Source: Eledone cirrhosa
Taxonomy: Eukaryota
DNA: 53,314 nt
Assembly (NCBI GenBank): GCA_964016885.1
Contig: CAXHJY010001398.1
Location: 1-53,314 of the forward strand
Reading direction: 5' to 3'
Below the pieces are notes generated by a model. It saw only the letters and a program-made list of their open reading frames with translations. It did no database searches and had not been told where the DNA came from. The first letter of the stretch is position 1, and each line of letters starts with the position of its first letter. A program made the translations under genes and the position numbers. Positions 1 through 15,304 of the stretch are shown here, piece by piece.

Positions 1-1425
<1,425 letters not shown>

Positions 1426-1445
1426 GTATAAAATCAATACAATAT

Positions 1446-1525
1446 TATTACCTCATTACCAGAGGTTTCCCGAATGAGGCGAATACGAAATAAACGACTT
1501 CATTCGTTCGTCAGACGAGGCAATA
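1446..1525 (-). ncRNA. Type I hammerhead ribozyme (PLE-1 inverted arm)
   Basis: Reverse complement of 2734-2813. Confidence 0.8.
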
Positions 1526-2733
1526 TAAAACATGGGCAAATACTTAGAAAAACACATCAAGAAAATCAAAAAAATATATAGATAAATGAAATAGAAATTT
1601 AAATATATAAAAATCTATCAAGAAAAATACGTTAGGTGTGTGTAAGTGTATGTATATACGCTCATAGATGTGCATATATGTATATGTGCACGTGTAAATA
1701 TATGGTTAGAAAGTGTGCGTAATTATAAAAATTTAGGGCAAATGTATCTACATGTCTGTATTATGCAGACGGAAATGGTTACTTCGTAAAAATAAGAAAA
1801 AAGTCGCGCCTGGACACTCGTACATTTAGATGCGGAAAGAAAGGAGATGAAGAGAGTATAATAAATAAAAGAAAAGTATCTATTACGATATATTTATAAA
1901 AATATAGTAACGATAAATTAGAAAGACAAGATAGAAAGAAAAAATTAAAGAAAACAAAAAAAGCGGGGGTACATACATACACAGACACGCGTGTCTCACA
2001 AAAGAAATGTAAAAATAATTATGCTTATATACACACGCGCGCTTACACTTCCATACGTTCGATACGTACATACACACACACACACACACATACTTATACT
2101 CGCGCATATAAACCTGTTTGCATGCCCATGTATGAAACTGGGTAAGTAACAAAAGAGGGAAGGGGGGGGGGGGGGGGGGGAATAATAAAAAAAAAAAATT
2201 TTCTTATTTTTACGAAGTAACCATTTCCGTCTGCATAATACAGACATATAGATACATTTGCCCTAAATTTTTATAATCATGCACACTTTCTAACCATACA
2301 TTTACACGTGCACATATACATATATGCACATATATGCACACCTAACTATTTTTCTTGATAGATTTTTATATATTTAAATTTCTATTTCATTTATCTATAT
2401 ATTTTTTTGGTAAGTAACAAAAGAGGGAAGGGGGGGGGGGGGGGGAGAAGAAAAAAATATTTTCTTATTTTTACGAAGTAACCATTTCCGTCTGCATAAT
2501 ACAGACATATAGATACATTTGCCCTAAATTTTTATAATTACGCACACTTTCTAACCATACATTTACACGTGCACATATACATATATGCACATCTATGAGC
2601 GTATATACATACACATACACACACCTAACTATTTTTCTTGATAGATTTTTATATATTTAAATTTCTATTTCATTTATCTATATATTTTTTTGATTTTCTT
2701 GATGTGTTTTTCTAAGTATTTGCCCATGTTTTA

Positions 2734-2813
2734 TATTGCCTCGTCTGACGAACGAATGAAGTCGTTTATTTCGTATTCGCCTCATTCGGGAAACCTCTGG
2801 TAATGAGGTAATA
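2734..2813 (+). ncRNA. Type I hammerhead ribozyme (PLE-1 5' pLTR)
   Basis: Stem I tattgcctcgt/atgaggtaata; CTGACGA 2745-2751; stem II cgaatga/tcattcg; GAAA; short stem III ACCtctGGT; GUA site. Confidence 0.8.
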
Positions 2814-3030
2814 ATATTGTATTGATTTTATACATTAAATTTTGCTCTGATACTGACATAGAGCACTCTTCATTTCTATGACCTTTTCTGTTTCTAACTG
2901 AAATTTCAATACTTATAAAGTTCCCAAGGGAATGATCGTAGCATATTCTACATCGTTATGAGATTGGCACCTTCCAGCCCTTTTTAAGTCGAGCACTCTC
3001 CAGTCATAGGATTTTAAACCAATACCGAAT

Positions 3031-5169
3031 ATGGACAAATACCCTTTGGACTAATCTGTAAAGAATATCCCAACACCTTCTAATACTCTCTACACGAAAA
3101 TACTGTTAGATAAAGTAGAGAAGGTTGTTAAAAGAATGAGATGGAAAGCTTTGATTCTCGATGGTCAATTTAACACGGATTCTACGGAATATTTTGACAT
3201 CAAAACTCACAAATACCCGCAAAGAGTAAAAGATATGACCGCCTTTGAATTAGATCTAGTTAACCTTATCAACAACATCAATTTTCGTAAGTACTCTAAC
3301 CCCTTTCAATCCAAATTATCTAATGATATTTCTACTTTCAAATCTTCTAATAATAAGTTCATCTTCTCAGATAAAACTAAAAACTTATATGAAGTTAATA
3401 ATAATTTACACGACCAACTATTAATAGATAATATCACCTCTAAATACCAAATAGCTAATATAAATATGTACCATAATATAAATAAGGAAGCTAAAGAATT
3501 AGCTTTTTCCTTAAAAATAGATAATAGGACAGAAAAACTTGCTAAACGTTCTGCGTATATCACCCTTAAAGATCATAAACCCGACTTTATTAATCGCTCT
3601 AGTTGTAGATTAATCAACCCTGCTAAGACTGATATTGGTCTTGCCAGTAAAAAAATTTTAAATAAATTAAATACACACATTAGAAATAAGTCTAAATTAC
3701 TCCAATGGATAAATAGCTCTTCCGTAGTACATTGGTTTAATAATATTAAAAACAAAATCAGTTCTAGATTCACCCAATTCGATATCGTAGATTTCTACCC
3801 ATCTATTACTCAGACCCTTTTAGTGAAAGCTTTAAATTTCGCTAGAGGGTTCACTAATATCTCCGATATTGAAGAGGACGTAATCTTGCATGCAAGGAAC
3901 ATTCTACTTTTTAATGATAATGACACTTGGGTAAAAATATCTAACCCAGAGAACCCATTCGATGTCTCAATGGGCTCTTATGACAGTGCCGAGGTTTGTG
4001 ATCTGGTCGGCCTATTCCTCTTACATACACTTAAAGAAAAATTTCCTAACCATATTTTTGGGCTTTATCGCGATGATGGTCTAATACTTTCCCATACCAC
4101 CATAGGCCATAACTTAGATAGATTAAGGAAAGACTTAATAAAAACCTTTGCTAGTTTTAATCTTAAAATTACTATTGATACTAACCTTTCCAACGTAGAT
4201 TTCCTAGATATAAACTTAGATTTGCCTACTGCTTCTTATAAACCATACCATAAACCTAATGAAAACTTAAAATATATAAATAAAGGATCTTGCCATCCAC
4301 CTATAGATTTTAAAAACCTTATCCCTAATATTAGCCGTGGGATCTCCACCCTCTCTTCATCAGAAGCTATTTTCAATAAGGCATCCCCCTACTATAATAA
4401 AGCCCTCCAAAATAGCGGCTTTAGCGAACCGATTAAATACATACCTAACTACACTAACTCTATTAAACATAAAAATAGGAAAAGAAAAATAATCTGGTTC
4501 ACACCCCCCTACTCTCTAGCAGTTAAAACTAATGTAGGCAAAAAATTCCTAGAACTCCTAGATAAACATTTCCCTAGAACACATAGATACTATAAGATCT
4601 TTAACAGAAACTGTGTTAAAATTAGCTATTCCTGCGGTCCCCCTATTAAGTCCTATATCCTCAACAAAACATCACCTAGAGAAAATCAAACTTGCTCCTG
4701 TAGAATCAAAAGTGAATGCCCATTACAAGGTAAATGCAACACCAAAGCCATTGTATATGCGGCTAATGTGACAACTATCAGCAACAACCATCCAGTCACC
4801 AGTGAACGATATGTGGGTATGACGCAAGACAAATTCAAAACGCGTTATTACTCACATGTCGCATCCTTCCGACATCCAGAAAAAAGATTTACAACAGCTC
4901 TGGCTAGCAGAATCTGGGATTTGAAAGACCAAGGCATCCAATATAAACTAGATTGGTCAATTTTGAACCAATCTAAAAAATATGCTAGAGGAACAAGAAA
5001 ATGCACGCTCTGCATAAATGAAAAATGTTGGATATTGCAAAATCTCAAATCACCAAAGACCTGCATGAACACAAAGACGGAAATTTTTACCAGTTGCCCA
5101 CACATGAAATCACACCTGCTTTCCAGCTCATATAAACTTAACACACTTTCAGACACTTATCCTCCATAA
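3031..5169 (+). CDS. PLE-1 reverse transcriptase + C-terminal GIY-YIG-like endonuclease; in-frame TAA at 3052-3054, open from 3136 (677 aa)
   Basis: Motifs SVKNIP, RMRWKA, TLKDHK, RLINP, FDIVDFYPSI, SMGSYDSAEVCDL, YRDDG, FLD, WFTPPYS, CSCRIKSECPLQGKC, IVY...YVG...FKTRYYSH, CTLC, CPH. Confidence 0.9.
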
Positions 5170-5572
5170 ACTCTGATTACTCTCTTTTTAATTACCCTTT
5201 CTGACTTACTTTCATTCTTATCCTTGTCGATAATTTCATTTATTTTCACTTTTATTTATTTATTTTTTATTTTTACTTCACCCCCCCCCCCCCTTTATTC
5301 TCCGATCCACTTCCTATTTTCTATTTTTTACTTCCCCTTCTTTTACTTCCCTTTTTCCTCTACTAACTGATTATACTTGTCTTTTGTGTTTTTCAATCCA
5401 GATATATTTTTCATTTTTATTTTTATTTTATTTTTGCGCAGCCTATCTTACAATTTTATATTTGTATTTATTTATCCACATTTCAATATGGCTGAACGCC
5501 ATGTGTGTATATTTTTCTTATATATGTACATGAGTGACTACGTATGTGCGCGCGCGTGCGTGCAGGTATGAG

Positions 5573-5603
<31 letters not shown>

Positions 5604-6412
5604 GTGTATGTATGCGTGTGTGTACTGGTGTTTGTGTGTGTGCGTGTGTGTATATTATGCGTATGTGTAAGTGTCTTTATATCCGCGTTTTTGACATTTC
5701 GGTTTTATATTTTTTTGTTTCTTCTTTTTTTCTTTTTTTCTTTTTTCTTCTACCCCCCCCCCCTTCCCTCTTTTGTTACTTACCCAGTTTCATACATGGG
5801 CATGCAAACAGGTTTATATGCGCGAGTATAAGAATGTGTGTGTGTGTGTGTGTATGTACGTATCGAACGTATGGAAGTGTAAGCGCGCGTGTGTATATAA
5901 GCATAATTATTTTTACATTTCTTTTGTGAGACACGCGTGTCTGTGTATGTATGTACCCCCGCTTTTTTTGTTTTCTTTAATTTTTTCTTTCTATCTTGTC
6001 TTTCTAATTTATCGTTACTATATTTTTATAAATATATCGTAATAGATACTTTTCTTTTATTTATTATACTCTTTTCATCTCCTTTCTTTCCGCATCTAAA
6101 TGTACGAGTGTCCAGGCGTTTTTATGCGCGCGACTTTATTTTCTTATTTTTACGAAGTAACCATTTCCGTCTGTATAATACAGACATATAGATACATTTG
6201 CCCTAAATTTTTATAATTACGCACACTTTCTAACCATACATTTACACGTGCACATATACATATATGCACATCTATGAGCGTATATACATACACTTACACA
6301 CACCTAACTATTTTTCTTGATAGATTTTTATATATTTAAATTTCTATTTCATTTATCTATATATTTTTTTGATTTTCTTGATGTGTTTTTCTAAGTATTT
6401 GCCCATGTTTTA

Positions 6413-6492
6413 TATTGCCTCGTCTGACGAACGAATGAAGTCGTTTATTTCGTATTCGCCTCATTCGGGAAACCTCTGGTAATGAGGTAATA
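6413..6492 (+). ncRNA. Type I hammerhead ribozyme (PLE-1 3' pLTR)
   Basis: Same sequence as 2734-2813. Confidence 0.8.
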
Positions 6493-6619
6493 ATATTGTA
6501 TTGATTTTATACATTAAATTTTGCTCTGATACTGACATAGAGCACTCTTCATTTCTATGACCTTTTCTGTTTCTAACTGAAATTTCAATACTTATATATG
6601 TATATATATATATATATAT

Positions 6620-6651
<32 letters not shown>

Positions 6652-6687
6652 ATATTATATATATATATATATATATTATAAATATAT

Positions 6688-6774
<87 letters not shown>

Positions 6775-6822
6775 ATATTATATATATATATATATTATAT
6801 ATATATATATTGATTATATATA

Positions 6823-7004
<182 letters not shown>

Positions 7005-7016
7005 ATATTATATATA

Positions 7017-7061
<45 letters not shown>

Positions 7062-7134
7062 ATATATATTATATATTATATATATATTATATATATATAT
7101 ATTATATATATATACATATATTATATATATATAT

Positions 7135-7167
<33 letters not shown>

Positions 7168-7169
7168 AT

Positions 7170-7201
<32 letters not shown>

Positions 7202-7246
7202 ATTATATATATTATATATATATATATATTATATATATATATATAT

Positions 7247-7278
<32 letters not shown>

Positions 7279-7326
7279 ATATATGTATTATATATAAATA
7301 TATATATTATATATATATTATATATA

Positions 7327-7385
<59 letters not shown>

Positions 7386-7389
7386 ACAT

Positions 7390-7421
<32 letters not shown>

Positions 7422-7555
7422 ATATATTATATATATAAATATATATTATATATATATATTATATATTATATATATATATTATATATATATTATATATTAT
7501 ATATATATATTATATATTATATATATATCTATATATTATATATATATATATATAT

Positions 7556-7609
<54 letters not shown>

Positions 7610-7643
7610 ATTATATATATATATATATATTATATATATATAT

Positions 7644-7685
<42 letters not shown>

Positions 7686-7716
7686 ATTATATATATATAT
7701 ATATTATATATATATC

Positions 7717-7749
<33 letters not shown>

Positions 7750-7836
7750 ATATATTATATATATATATATATTATATATATATATTATATATATATATAT
7801 ATATTATATATATAAATATATGTTATATATATATAT

Positions 7837-7902
<66 letters not shown>

Positions 7903-7919
7903 ATTATATATATATATAT

Positions 7920-7951
<32 letters not shown>

Positions 7952-8017
7952 ATATATATTATATATATATATATATATTATATATATATATTATATATAT
8001 ATATTATATATATATAT

Positions 8018-8049
<32 letters not shown>

Positions 8050-8103
8050 AATATATATATTATATATATATATATATATATTATATTATATATATATATA
8101 TTA

Positions 8104-8146
<43 letters not shown>

Positions 8147-8148
<2 letters not shown>

Positions 8149-8415
8149 GATAAGCAGAACAAGTAAAATTCAATCAATTTTTCAAAATACATTAAAAATA
8201 TAATATAAATATTTACCTCTTCTAGTGGCCCTTACTGATCAGTTTCGCTTTGTAAAACCTCATAAATCCGATGGATTTATGATGGAAAACCAAAGCTCAT
8301 CAGAGAAGCATTTTCCCTTCCTAGGGCTAAACGTCCCAGGAACGACAAAATATACAACCTCCTGCCAGCTAATAAAGGTCTGAAAGGTCGTAAAAGTGAC
8401 CCGTATGTAAACTGG

Positions 8416-8419
<4 letters not shown>
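8147..8419 (-). mobile_element. Solo PLE-type 3'-end/pLTR fragment (no ORF)
   Basis: Non-TA island flanked by TA that carries a minus-strand HHR; no other copy in the window. Confidence 0.65.
8228..8310 (-). ncRNA. Type I hammerhead ribozyme with extended stem II
   Basis: Minus strand: gcttct CTGATGA gctttg..tcataaatcc atc ggatttatga..caaagc GAA ACTGATCAGT A agggc; perfect palindromic stem III; GUA; stem I weak. Confidence 0.8.
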
Positions 8420-8478
<59 letters not shown>

Positions 8479-8545
8479 GTGCCTATAATTGTGCCTGTGT
8501 GAGGGAGTATATATATATATAATTATATATATATATATTATATAT

Positions 8546-8688
<143 letters not shown>

Positions 8689-8798
8689 ATATTATATTTA
8701 TATATATATATATATTATATATATATATATTATATATATAGATATATATTATATATATATATATTATATATATATATATATATTATATATATATATAT

Positions 8799-8829
<31 letters not shown>

Positions 8830-8907
8830 GATATATTATATATATATATATATATTATATATATATATATATTATATATATATATATATATTATAATATA
8901 TATATAT

Positions 8908-8938
<31 letters not shown>

Positions 8939-9063
8939 AATATATATTATATATATATATTATATATTATAAAGAAATATTATATATTATATATATATAT
9001 TATATATTATATATATATATTATATATTATATATATATATATATATTATATATATATATATAT

Positions 9064-9102
<39 letters not shown>

Positions 9103-9148
9103 ATATATATATATATATATTATATATATATATTATATACATATATAT

Positions 9149-9180
<32 letters not shown>

Positions 9181-9227
9181 ATTATATATATATATATATT
9201 ATATATATATATTATATACATATATAT

Positions 9228-9259
<32 letters not shown>

Positions 9260-9296
9260 ATATATATTATATGTATATATATATTATATATATATC

Positions 9297-9348
<52 letters not shown>

Positions 9349-9421
9349 ATTATATATATATATTATATATATATATTATATATATATATTATATATATAA
9401 ATATATGTTATATATATATAT

Positions 9422-9454
<33 letters not shown>

Positions 9455-9498
9455 ATATATATATATATATTATATATATATATTATATATATATATAT

Positions 9499-9551
<53 letters not shown>

Positions 9552-9638
9552 ATATATATTATATATATATATTATATATATATATTATATATATATATAT
9601 TATATATATATATATATATTATATATATATATATATAT

Positions 9639-9670
<32 letters not shown>

Positions 9671-9676
9671 ATATTA

Positions 9677-9737
<61 letters not shown>

Positions 9738-9829
9738 ATGTGCCTATAATTGTGCCTGTGTGAGGGAGTATATATATATATATATTATATATATATATAT
9801 TATATATATATATATATAATATATATATA

Positions 9830-9898
<69 letters not shown>

Positions 9899-9902
9899 AT
9901 AT

Positions 9903-9936
<34 letters not shown>

Positions 9937-10012
9937 ATATTATATATATATATATATATTATATATATATATATTATATATATATATATATATATGTTAT
10001 ATATATATATAT

Positions 10013-10043
<31 letters not shown>

Positions 10044-10129
10044 GATATATTATATATATATATATATATTATATATTATATATATATATATATATTATAT
10101 ATTATATATATATATATATATTATATATA

Positions 10130-10180
<51 letters not shown>

Positions 10181-10247
10181 ATTATATATATATATATATA
10201 TTATATATATATATATTATATATATATATATATTATATATATAAATA

Positions 10248-10290
<43 letters not shown>

Positions 10291-10298
10291 ATATATAT

Positions 10299-10332
<34 letters not shown>

Positions 10333-10338
10333 ATATAT

Positions 10339-10390
<52 letters not shown>

Positions 10391-10506
10391 AATATATATT
10401 ATATATATATATTATATATTATATATATATATTATATATTATATATATATATAATATTATATATATATATATTACATATATATATATATATATTATATAT
10501 ATATAT

Positions 10507-10538
<32 letters not shown>

Positions 10539-10589
10539 ATTATATATATATATATTATATATATATATATTATATATATATATATATAT

Positions 10590-10623
<34 letters not shown>

Positions 10624-10642
10624 CATATATATATATATATAT

Positions 10643-10674
<32 letters not shown>

Positions 10675-10786
10675 ATATTATATATATATATTATATATAT
10701 ATATTATATATATATATATATAATATATATATAAATATATGTATATATATATATTATATATATATATATATATTATATATATATAT

Positions 10787-10820
<34 letters not shown>

Positions 10821-10837
10821 ATTATATATATATATAT

Positions 10838-10917
<80 letters not shown>

Positions 10918-10958
10918 ATTATATATATATATTATATATATATTATATATATATATAT

Positions 10959-10990
<32 letters not shown>

Positions 10991-11039
10991 ATATATTATA
11001 TATATATATATATATTATATATATTATATATAAATATTA

Positions 11040-11088
<49 letters not shown>

Positions 11089-11193
11089 ATAATATATATA
11101 TTATATATATATATTATATATATATATATATTATATATATATTATATATATATATATATATTATATATATATATAATATATATATATATATAT

Positions 11194-11271
<78 letters not shown>

Positions 11272-11620
11272 ATATATTATATATATATATTTATATATAT
11301 ATTATATATTATATATATATATATATATAAATACAAATAACGAAACGAAATTAAATTTCGTTTCGTTTGTAACTCACTTTTGTATGACTGACGCTTAAAC
11401 AATTAAGTTAAAAATGTACATCCACGTATGTATACTGAAATACTAGTATGCATAAGAATACACACACGTGTACATATGTAGATGTACCGAGTTTTCACTG
11501 GTCACTTTACTGTGAGTGTCCAGCTATTCTGTATGTAAACACACAGACAAACCGGTTTTTAGAGTCATACTGGTTCTCGAGGAAACACCTTTCCTCTATT
11601 CTCCAGAAAGCCAGACAAGG

Positions 11621-11665
11621 AATATTGGATTAGTTTCGATGTTGTTACATCTCATCAGCAATATT
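11621..11665 (-). ncRNA. Minimal type I hammerhead ribozyme (monomer copy with stem III mismatch)
   Basis: aatattg CTGATGA gatgt aaca acatc GAA ACTAAT C caatatt. Confidence 0.85.
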
Positions 11666-12085
11666 TACCTATCTTCCGGCCTTTCTGGAGAATCGTAAAA
11701 GCACATATCGTTATATGCTTTTTCTATGAAAATTAGTAGTGGGCAGACTAATTTGCATAGAGCGTGAGTACGTACCGGTTCAACGGAGACTATAAAAACA
11801 AATAACGAAACGAAATTAAATTTCGTTTCGTTTGTAACTCACTTTTGTATGACTGACGCTTAAACAATTAAGTTAAAAATGTACATCCACATATGTATAC
11901 TGAAATACTAGTATGCATATGAATACACACACGTGTACATATGTAGATGTACCGAGTTTTTCTCTGGTCACTTTACTGTGAGTGTCCAGCTATTCTGTAT
12001 GTAAACACACAGACAAACCGGTTTTAGAGTCATACTGGTTCTCGAGGAAACACCTTTCCTCTATTCTCCAGAAAGCCAGACAAGG

Positions 12086-12130
12086 AATATCGGACTAGTT
12101 TCGATGTTGTTACATCTCATCAGCAATATT
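12086..12130 (-). ncRNA. Minimal type I hammerhead ribozyme (canonical copy)
   Basis: aatattg CTGATGA gatgt aaca acatc GAA ACTAGT C cgatatt; palindromic stem III; GUC site. Confidence 0.92.
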
Positions 12131-12302
12131 TACCTATCTTCCGGCCTTTCTGGAGAATCGTAAAAGCACATATCGTTATATGCTTTTTCTATGAAAATTA
12201 GTAGTGGGAAGACTAATTTGCATAGAGCGTGAGTACGTACCGGTTCAACGGAGACGATAAAAACAAATAACGAAACGAAATTTAATATATAACGAAACGA
12301 AA

Positions 12303-12927
<625 letters not shown>

Positions 12928-13075
12928 AAGGATTAGAATACTGGAGCGTGTTTGAGTCAAACACCCTCTTCGTATTATAGAAATGACAGTAAAAGGTATA
13001 GCTCAATGCAGTTAAACAGAGCCGAAAAATTAAGAGAGTAAAACAAAGAATCCTTTAATACATCAAAAGTTTTTA

Positions 13076-13118
13076 TTAGCCGACAATGTTTCGTCCTATT
13101 AAGGACTCATCAGGGCAA
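13076..13118 (-). ncRNA. Minimal type I hammerhead ribozyme (PLE-2 3' pLTR)
   Basis: ttgcc CTGATGA gtcct taat aggac GAA ACATTGT C ggctaa; GUC; followed by AATAAA. Confidence 0.9.
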
Positions 13119-13446
13119 TCAAAACAACAAGAGGTAATTTCGGCAGATACAAGCCAGAAACTCTGAAGAATATGGAGTTTACATACACTAATGTTTTACA
13201 AGGATATACGATAATAAAAATGAAGATAAAACTAATAAAATTATAATAACTAAGGATGTAGATAACATTAAGAACCATATTACAAATATAGTCCAAAGTC
13301 ACCAACTTAAATCTAAACAAATTTGGTTATATAGAACAGGAATTATATATAACACAGTATAATACATTATAATAATAATATATCTATACCAACACTGAAA
13401 TTCCAAATCAAAAATCAATAGGTACAATATATACATGTATATATGT

Positions 13447-13480
<34 letters not shown>

Positions 13481-15304
13481 TACAATACACATATCTATTT
13501 TCCATTACACAGAAATTAAGCCTTATTGGAAGTTTAAACATCAAAAATATTAAAAATAAGCATGGTAATAGTGAAAATAATGCTAATACATCTACCCAAT
13601 ATACATGGGGCAATAATTACAAGAAACACTTATAATAAATAATATACAACTAATTATATAATATAATACAATATAATACAGTAGAATATATATAAAATAA
13701 GAATATATATAATCTCCGGTTAATTTACAGAAACAATATAGATGTCACAGTGAAATACAATGATAAGTTGTTAACATTATATTAACAATTACCATAATCA
13801 ATATGTACAACATGGTTCATATTGGGTTACATAATAAATGGGGAAATATAATACAATAATACAATAATACTAAAAAAAACTATATTGGTACAGGGAACAA
13901 TTATGATGTTACAGAAAAAATATGTTGTTACAGAAAAAATATATAGACATCTAACATGATATGAAAAGTCTAAATACCATACTACAATATTAAAATATTA
14001 AAATATTAAGATATTATTAAAATATTAAAATATTAAAAAATATAAAGTTTAAGTATCTTAATGTTATATATAATAAACGGTAAGTAATAAGGATCTATAT
14101 CATAATGTAATATATTTTAAAAATAGGCATATAATATATAAATAAATACTTATAATTTCAAGGTTAGTAGACAGACATATGTGGATGAGCAAAGCCAGAC
14201 AGTGAGTGGTAAATAAAAACAATCAACCGGAAATTACAAAACGAAGCAAATGTTTACACACTTAAGTCCCGCGTGCATTAAGAAATTTGGTAAGCACCCG
14301 GGAAAACGATAATTTTAAATGACTCCCAACCCTATTTGATAAATTAATATTAAAAATATCAAACCCGTCCGATAAGGTAGTATAAAATTAGCTATAGTCT
14401 CAGTCATTAAAGTATATAAAATTTAATATATCGTTACAAATGTTTACAAAAAGGAATAAACGCAACGATATCTAAAAAACTGACTTAAGTAAAGTTAAGG
14501 TAAGCTAATGGGGATAGAATTGACGAAATATATGGAGGGTGCGAAGTAGCATAAAATATATTCGATATACTATAATAAATAATAGAACAGAGCATAAAAG
14601 AGTGGGGGGGGGTTTAATATAATCATATTTAATCTAGAGGGGTTGACAATAAGTTTATGCGTGCATGGGGGGGGAAGAAGGAGGGGGGGGTTAATAGATA
14701 AATCAGAATAGACTTAGAAATAAAAATATAAATAGAATTAAAATTAAAAATAAAAATAAAAATAAAAATAATGTTAAAATTAAAAATTAAATATACTATA
14801 ATTATAAATAAATTCGATATACTATAATAATTCGATATACTATAATAAATTATAATAAATTCGATATACTATAATAAATAATAGAACAGAGCATAAAAGA
14901 GTGGGGGGGGTTTAATATAATCATATTCAATCTAGGGGGGTTAACAATAAGTTTATGCGTGCATGGGGGGAGGGGGGGGGTTAAAAGATAAATCAGAATA
15001 GACTTAGAAATAAAAATATAAATAGAATTGAAAATAAAAATAAAAATAAAAATAAAAATAAAAATAATGATAAAAATAATGTTAAAATTAAAAATTAAAG
15101 TTAATGATAATAAAAGAATATATAAAGGTAATAACGTGTGTAATCTTATGTATACTAATAAGGTGTAATAGTGAAGACATAGATACGGTACAGTGGCCAA
15201 ATGATTATGAGAGCTAGAATGAAGAGTCATCAAAAACCAATGGTAACAATAATGTTGGCAAACAAAAGAACCCAAACAAAGAACTAAGTAATGGAATATA
15301 TCTG

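Larger units (their letters stand above)
1422..6594 (+). mobile_element. PLE-1: near full-length Penelope-like element (probably Hydra clade) with inverted arm 1422-2180, direct 5' pLTR ~2459-2917, ORF, and 3' UTR/pLTR to 6594
   Basis: RT plus C-terminal GIY-YIG-like ORF; 2460-2917 repeats 6139-6594; 1422-2180 is the reverse complement of ~5753-6516; HHR in each repeat; TA on both sides. Confidence 0.93.

Noticed and set aside
3052-3054. Selenocysteine or programmed readthrough in the PLE ORFs
   Set aside because: The in-frame stops seen at otherwise conserved positions (3052, 41735) are TAA, not TGA, and these are C-terminal-EN PLEs rather than Naiads
11751-11758. Octamer motif ATTTGCAT in each retrozyme monomer
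   Set aside because: A single 8-mer inside a hairpin arm with no recognisable PSE; chance is likely
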